DNA of 64,000 nucleotides from a virus: IMG/VR virus record IMGVR_UViG_3300006737_000017, positions 74,300 to 138,299 of that record; one strand, 5' to 3'. Shown piece by piece: positions 58,381 to 64,000 of this stretch (position 1 is its first letter; each line of letters starts with the position of its first letter). The notes under the pieces were generated by a model. It saw only the letters and a program-made list of their open reading frames with translations, ran no database searches and was not told where the DNA came from. The position numbers and the translations under genes were made by a program.

Positions 58381-61065
58381 ATGGCATCAGCAAAAGAAGA
58401 ATTAGCAGCAAAACGAAAACTGATTGCAGCAGGTAGAGAAGATTTAGCAGTTCAACAACAAAAGTTGGACTCTATGATTGATCAGCTTGGTACAATGAGA
58501 AAAGCTGGTGATAAATTTAAGCAGATGCAAAACGATGCTGAACTTCTAAGAAATAAGATAACCCAAACTTCAACAGAATTAAATCAGATGGCCAGAGATG
58601 CTGGAGATATTTCAGAAGGCATTGGCAAAGCAGAAGGAAAATTAGATGGGTTCTCTTCTAAAGTTCAAAGCATAACAGATAAGATACCAATGATTGGTTC
58701 ATCTCTTTCAGCCGGTATACAAAAAGCAACAGATGTTGCGAAAAATCTAATGGACAAGTGGTTAAAGAAAACCGATGGTTCTATGAGAAAAGGTTTTAAG
58801 ATACTTGGAGGTATATTAGGAGGTTTACTATTAGGTGGTGTAATAGCAGCATTCACTTTCTTTATAAAATTATTAGGTAAAGCTAAAGAGAATATGATGG
58901 AATTCTCTACTGCTATGACTGAAACTGCTAGATCTTTACAAATGTCCAAATCAGACGTTAAAGCTATTGGTAAAGGGGTAGGAGACTGGGTAAGATACGG
59001 TCAAGGTTGGGCAGGAGCTGTTTCTCAGATCCGAGAGGATATGGGTTATATACCAGAATTAACTGCAAAGGAAAATAGTTTAGTTGCAAAGTTAGCAACA
59101 AACGCAGGTTTATCAGGTGCAGAAATTTCAAGTATGTATAGAACGTCTCAAAGACTGGGTGTAACATTAGATACATACGTAAAAGACCAAGCAAAGAAAA
59201 TTAAAAATCTAAATGCTGAAATGGGATTACATACAACCCAAGCCGAAATAGTTAAAGAAATATCTGGAGCAACAGATGAAACTTTAGCAATGTTTGGAAA
59301 ACAAAATGCAGAATTAGAAAAACAAGTTTTAATAGGAAAGAAAATTGGATTAAACTTAAATCAACAAGCTTCTATTGCAAAATCTTTATTAGATATAGAA
59401 TCTAGTATAGAATCGGAAATGGAAGCTAGAGTATTAACTGGTAAAGAATTAAACTTTGATAAAGCAAGAGAATTAGCATTAAACGGTGACATCTCTGGAG
59501 CATCAGCAGAAATATTAGATCAAGTTGGTGGTATAGATGAATTCAATAAAATGAATATCATACAAAAAGAAGCCTTAGCAAAAGCAGCAGGTTTAGAAGT
59601 TGGACAATTACAAAAATCTTTAGAAATGTCAGCAGGAATTGCTGATCAAGCTAATGTTGGTGGAGCTGGAGGTGGAGGTGGTGGTTTAGATGCTGCAGCT
59701 GGTAATACAGATATGCAAGCAGCAGATGATGCTAGATCTAGAAGATGGGGAAAAATCTTCCAACCATTTGCAGAAGCCGTTAGAAAGATAAAGAAAGTAA
59801 TAGAAGAAAAATTATTAGTATTTTTTGAAACTGGAAAAGGTAAAGACTTTGTAGATGGAATTAATAACTTTGCTACTGGTATTGCATCATGGATAGCTGG
59901 AGAAGGAGAACCTGGTTGGTATACAGAATTAAGAGATAATTATATTAACCCTGTTAAAGAAGCCATAGAAAGTGTTTGGGGTTGGGCATCTGCTAATCCT
60001 ATTAAAGCAGCACTAGCTGGTACAGCTTTAGCAGTTGGTACTAAGAAATTATGGGACGGCGCTAAAAGTTTATTTGGTTTTGGTAAAATGGGAACAGCAT
60101 CTAATCCGATGTATGTTACTATAGGAGCTGGAGGAGTAATGAATTCTATATCTAATTTTCTAAAGGGTGGAAAGAAAGGTGGTTGGAGAAGAAATCTATT
60201 AGCTTCGTTTAAGAAAATGAAAAAGACTGTTTTAAGTAAAACTGGTATAACAGGTGCAAAACAATCTCTAAAGAAAAAGGCAAAAGGAAGTTGGTTAAGT
60301 AGAGGTTGGAATAAATTGAAATCTGGTGTAAAGAGTGTAGCATCTAAAGTAAAATCTGGTGTTTCAGGTGCAGCAAATTGGGTTGGTAGTAAAGCAAAGG
60401 CTGGTTGGCAGGGCGTTAAAAGAGTAGGTGGTAAAGTACTTAGTGCTATTAATCCTATTCCAAAATTAAAGAAAAGTTTTACAGGAGGAGCCGGTAAATA
60501 TATAAAGAAAGCATTAAAAGGTGTTGGTAAAATTGGAGGTAAAGCTGTTAAAGGCGGTTTAGTTGGTGCATTATTTAATGCAGCTCAATTAGCAGCGATT
60601 ATCAATTCTGATGCATCACCAATGGATAAAGCAAAAGGTATTATTCAAACTGGGTCTGGTATATTAGGTGGAGCTCTTGGTTCTATAGCTGGTTCCATAG
60701 TTCCAATAGTAGGTACACTTGGTGGAGGTATTATAGGAGGTTTCCTTGGAGACTGGATAGGTAGTATACCAGCTGTACAAAATGCATTAGCACCACCTCT
60801 AGCTAAACTATTCAAGGGTGAAGAAGTACAAGATTTTATTTTATCTGATAGAGGTTTATTGAAATTCCAAAAAGATGATTTAGTAATTGGTGGTACAAAA
60901 CTAAACGAAGGTTTAGGAATGGGAGATAACAAGCAATTGGATAACTTGGTAATTCTAATGGAAAAATTAATAAAGGTATGTGCAGAAGATAGAGTAATGT
61001 CAGTAGACGGTAAAGAATTAGCAACAGCTTTAGCTGAAACTAAAAATTATAAGGGAGTTTCATAA
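58381..61065 (+). CDS. Tape measure protein
   Basis: Long helical Ala/Gly/Lys-rich ORF with hydrophobic segments, after the chaperones. Confidence 0.85.
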   Translation: MASAKEELAAKRKLIAAGREDLAVQQQKLDSMIDQLGTMRKAGDKFKQMQNDAELLRNKITQTSTELNQMARDAGDISEGIGKAEGKLDGFSSKVQSITDKIPMIGSSLSAGIQKATDVAKNLMDKWLKKTDGSMRKGFKILGGILGGLLLGGVIAAFTFFIKLLGKAKENMMEFSTAMTETARSLQMSKSDVKAIGKGVGDWVRYGQGWAGAVSQIREDMGYIPELTAKENSLVAKLATNAGLSGAEISSMYRTSQRLGVTLDTYVKDQAKKIKNLNAEMGLHTTQAEIVKEISGATDETLAMFGKQNAELEKQVLIGKKIGLNLNQQASIAKSLLDIESSIESEMEARVLTGKELNFDKARELALNGDISGASAEILDQVGGIDEFNKMNIIQKEALAKAAGLEVGQLQKSLEMSAGIADQANVGGAGGGGGGLDAAAGNTDMQAADDARSRRWGKIFQPFAEAVRKIKKVIEEKLLVFFETGKGKDFVDGINNFATGIASWIAGEGEPGWYTELRDNYINPVKEAIESVWGWASANPIKAALAGTALAVGTKKLWDGAKSLFGFGKMGTASNPMYVTIGAGGVMNSISNFLKGGKKGGWRRNLLASFKKMKKTVLSKTGITGAKQSLKKKAKGSWLSRGWNKLKSGVKSVASKVKSGVSGAANWVGSKAKAGWQGVKRVGGKVLSAINPIPKLKKSFTGGAGKYIKKALKGVGKIGGKAVKGGLVGALFNAAQLAAIINSDASPMDKAKGIIQTGSGILGGALGSIAGSIVPIVGTLGGGIIGGFLGDWIGSIPAVQNALAPPLAKLFKGEEVQDFILSDRGLLKFQKDDLVIGGTKLNEGLGMGDNKQLDNLVILMEKLIKVCAEDRVMSVDGKELATALAETKNYKGVS

Positions 61066-63233
61066 TGCCTATAAATCAAACAGCGAACCTTTTAGCTTAT
61101 TTTCAAAAGAATGCACCTGCCAGTAGTCAAACGACACCAATAAGTCAAATAACATATCCACCAATCCCAGCTACTATAAGTACATTTGCAACAGACCCAC
61201 TAGCTAATCAAACATTAGCTTCAATACCAGCGTTTTCAACTTCACCCTTGGATGGGCAAACAATAAATGCTATAAGTACACCTTTTTCTACATCTCCATT
61301 AACCGGTGAAACTATGCCAAGTATATCAACTTTTACTACACCACCCCTAGATGGACAGACTATAAATGCTATAGGAACATTTTCAACAGCTGCATTAAGC
61401 GGTATGACTATTAATGCTATTGGTTCTCCATTTACTACGTTACCTATAAGTGGAGTATCTACTATAAATTCACCAGCAGCTATTTCACCTTTTGCTCCGC
61501 AGCAATTTGCAACTGGAGTTCCTGGTACTATGACATACAATGATCCATATACAACACCAAACTTACCTAATACTCCAATAACACCATTTGCAACAGCAAA
61601 TACTTTATTAGGTTTAGGACAAGCAGTTGAAACACCACCTAATAATATGTCACCAATATCAGCATTAGCTGCTGGTGATAATTCAACATGGAGAGGGCAA
61701 GATCTATCTGGTCCAAACATCACTTTGGGGGTTGTAGATTTTTATAATAATGCATTTGCAAATGGGTTCACTACTCAATTTACACCTGGTACACAATCTA
61801 AATTCGTAGGAGTTGAAGGGGCTCCTGGTTCTTTAACTTATGCAAAACCGCAAACACCTTATGATACAATGGCTATGCCAAACAAAAATACTTATGCATC
61901 TAAATACAGTTTAGATACAAGGTTTGCAGCTATAGCAGAACTGGGATCCGAAATAAATTATACTTCACATTTTAATAATACTGAAGGAACTGATAAAATA
62001 ACTACATTGAAAGCTTTATATGAGCAAAGCAATTATGCTACTCAAGCTACTAGATTTGATGGTAGAAATGTAAAGCCTCATGTATTAAGAGGCATTCAAA
62101 TGGAAACACCAAACTACGATAGAGTAGATGGTATTCCAGATTCAGCAGCAGAGCATAAGACTAGACTTGAAGCTGCAATTGAAAATTCAACTTGGCAAGG
62201 TGGTTGGAAAGAAAGAAGGAAAATGTTAAGAAATTTCCAATTCCAATCTAGATTCCAATTAGGCTTAGGAGTATTACCTCACTTATTTTTAATGGGTGGA
62301 CCTTATAATAATAAACAAGATCTAAAGATAAAAGATGAACCTGGACTATTAGCACTAGCTTCTGCTAAAGCTTGGATCTTAGGTGGTACAATAGCAAGAG
62401 TACCTCATCACTTAACTAATTATAGTATGTTAAATAGTTTAGGTATAAAATATGGCTTTAGTCCTTTTGGTGAAAAACTTTATAGTTTACTTGGAAAAAT
62501 ATCTGGAAAGCTTGGTATGGCAAATTCAGATTTAGTACCATTTTATTTCAAGGTTCTTCATAAAGACACTCCACCTAACAAACCTTTATTTTCAACTTCA
62601 GACACTCCAGAAGGTATATTGCAATTTAGAGGTACATTAAAAACTATAAATCATTCTGTAACTCCTCAATGGTCGTCTAAGAAATATTTCGGTAGACCCG
62701 ATTCAGTTTATACTTATACAGGGTATAGTCAAAATTTATCTTTCTCTTTTCAGGTTTATGCACCAACAAGAGATGATATGATTGAAATGTATGAAAATCT
62801 AAATCACTTAGTTGATATGTGTAAACCCGCTTGGAATGATACAAAGTCATATATGAAAGGACCAATAACAGAAATTACTATAGGTAATTACATGGAAGAC
62901 CAACCTGGTTTTATAGCAAGTTTAAGTATTTCTCCAGACGAACAAATTTATTGGGATTTAGGTAAAGATCCTATAAAAGGTTTACCACAAATAGCTCAAG
63001 CTGTTCCTCAAGGTTTAATAGATAGCGTTCCATTTATTGGAGCAAACCCAAAAGGGCTAAGAACTAATAGAGAATCTTTATTAGAATTCCCATTAAAGAA
63101 AGCTTCTAAAGTTCAAGATAAAGTAGTACCAAGAGCTTATAATGTTTCTATAACTTATACAATGATAGAAAAAGAAACTCCAGATGCAAATAGTACAAGA
63201 AGAACATGGGATTATACGCCAGGAGTAATATAA
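61065..63233 (+). CDS. Tail tube initiator/baseplate hub protein with N-terminal P/T/S repeats
   Basis: C-terminal QFRG..W....FGRPD.VYTYTG..LSFSF.VY tube-like fold; follows the tape measure. Confidence 0.65.
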   Translation: MPINQTANLLAYFQKNAPASSQTTPISQITYPPIPATISTFATDPLANQTLASIPAFSTSPLDGQTINAISTPFSTSPLTGETMPSISTFTTPPLDGQTINAIGTFSTAALSGMTINAIGSPFTTLPISGVSTINSPAAISPFAPQQFATGVPGTMTYNDPYTTPNLPNTPITPFATANTLLGLGQAVETPPNNMSPISALAAGDNSTWRGQDLSGPNITLGVVDFYNNAFANGFTTQFTPGTQSKFVGVEGAPGSLTYAKPQTPYDTMAMPNKNTYASKYSLDTRFAAIAELGSEINYTSHFNNTEGTDKITTLKALYEQSNYATQATRFDGRNVKPHVLRGIQMETPNYDRVDGIPDSAAEHKTRLEAAIENSTWQGGWKERRKMLRNFQFQSRFQLGLGVLPHLFLMGGPYNNKQDLKIKDEPGLLALASAKAWILGGTIARVPHHLTNYSMLNSLGIKYGFSPFGEKLYSLLGKISGKLGMANSDLVPFYFKVLHKDTPPNKPLFSTSDTPEGILQFRGTLKTINHSVTPQWSSKKYFGRPDSVYTYTGYSQNLSFSFQVYAPTRDDMIEMYENLNHLVDMCKPAWNDTKSYMKGPITEITIGNYMEDQPGFIASLSISPDEQIYWDLGKDPIKGLPQIAQAVPQGLIDSVPFIGANPKGLRTNRESLLEFPLKKASKVQDKVVPRAYNVSITYTMIEKETPDANSTRRTWDYTPGVI

Positions 63234-63234
63234 T

Positions 63235-63519
63235 ATGAGATATAGAAATAGACAAATAAGAAAAGACAAAGATACTAACAATAGAATAGAATCTTTACCA
63301 AAATATGTTGAAATACCTATTCATCCTAATGATCTTTATATACAAGCAAATGATGGAACTAGATTAGATATAATTTCTCAACAATATTATAATACACCAA
63401 GATACTGGTGGGTTTTAGCTTTAGCAAATAAAATGGGAAAAGGCACATTATATGTTACACCGGGTTTTCAATTAAGAATACCGCATGATCCGGAACAATA
63501 TTCTTCAAAAATAAAATAG
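63235..63519 (+). CDS. LysM-like baseplate protein (gp53/tail X-like)
   Basis: RLDIISQQYY..PRYWWVLALAN...G.QLRIP. Confidence 0.85.
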   Translation: MRYRNRQIRKDKDTNNRIESLPKYVEIPIHPNDLYIQANDGTRLDIISQQYYNTPRYWWVLALANKMGKGTLYVTPGFQLRIPHDPEQYSSKIK

Positions 63520-63528
63520 GAGTTATAA

Positions 63529-64000
63529 ATGTCATTTAGAGGTATTACATTAGAACCAATACACAAAAACATTCAAAGAAGATTGTTTGAGCTTGAAGAA
63601 ATGCATTCTTCAAAGTATGCACAGCCTGGAGATTTAAGTAGTAAGATCATAAACGTAAGTGCAACCAAAATCGATGGAAAGCACAATATACATAAATTAA
63701 ATATGAAAACTGTTTGGTTTTCTTTAAGATCTAATGCTGGTGTACTTCCTGAAGACAACCCAGAAGCCTACGTCTCTCCAGAATTTGCTCATCTTAAATC
63801 ATTTCAATCTGGCGATTACAGATCAAGATCTGCAAGAGGTAAACGTACTGGAGCAGATGGAATAGAAGTAGACAAGGGCTTATCTCCGCCTCCTGGTATA
63901 GAATCTATTGGTATTTCTACAAAAGGAGCGATGGGATCTTTGAAAACTGCAGATGTTAAAATAAGAGTTTATCACCCATCTGATATAGCTGCAATAGAAC
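63529..64000 (+). CDS. 5' part of a probable baseplate hub protein (partial)
   Basis: AGGAG RBS, MSFRGITLEPIHKNIQRRL...PPPGIESIGISTKGAMGSLKTADV; open to the window end. Confidence 0.65.
   Translation, partial: MSFRGITLEPIHKNIQRRLFELEEMHSSKYAQPGDLSSKIINVSATKIDGKHNIHKLNMKTVWFSLRSNAGVLPEDNPEAYVSPEFAHLKSFQSGDYRSRSARGKRTGADGIEVDKGLSPPPGIESIGISTKGAMGSLKTADVKIRVYHPSDIAAIE

Noticed and set aside
1410-63758. Minus-strand and nested short ORFs in the track (e.g. 5926-6339, 35636-36067, 48555-48947, 61208-61723)
   Set aside because: They lie inside or across well-supported + strand genes, lack RBSs, and mirror the sense codon bias (e.g. poly-Ser opposite poly-Glu).
1-64000. Stop-codon reassignment, tRNA genes, inteins
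   Set aside because: Core genes are full length in the standard code and end in TAA, TAG or TGA. No cloverleaf was seen in the short intergenic gaps. Terminase, portal and primase have no intein-sized insertions.

Overview
All credible genes in this 64 kb window lie on the + strand. It is an AT-rich, gene-dense segment of a large T4-like myovirus read in the standard genetic code. It holds most of the virion morphogenesis region: baseplate, fibres, holin, large terminase, portal, prohead protease, scaffold, major capsid, neck, sheath, tube, chaperone and tape measure. It also carries a gp55-like late sigma factor, a primase, a fused Mre11-Rad50 (SbcD-SbcC), PhoH and ribosomal protein bS21. 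A Bacteroidota/FCB-group host is inferred from TTTG-N20-TATATT promoters and an outer-membrane protein with an AxA-Q signal peptide. The most notable observations are: (1) a bS21 gene with no Shine-Dalgarno (SD) site, insulated by a hairpin that overlaps its own host-type promoter, among SD-led structural genes; (2) a beta-barrel gene enclosed by complementary flanks; (3) a candidate late promoter GATATTTATA whose core is the reverse complement of T4's TATAAATA; (4) a probable +1/-2 frameshift in the tail chaperone; (5) tandem zeta-toxin-like kinases with candidate head-targeting leaders; (6) S/T-G/A/S-S motifs concentrated in virion proteins. Product calls come from motifs and gene order read by eye; no database searches were run.
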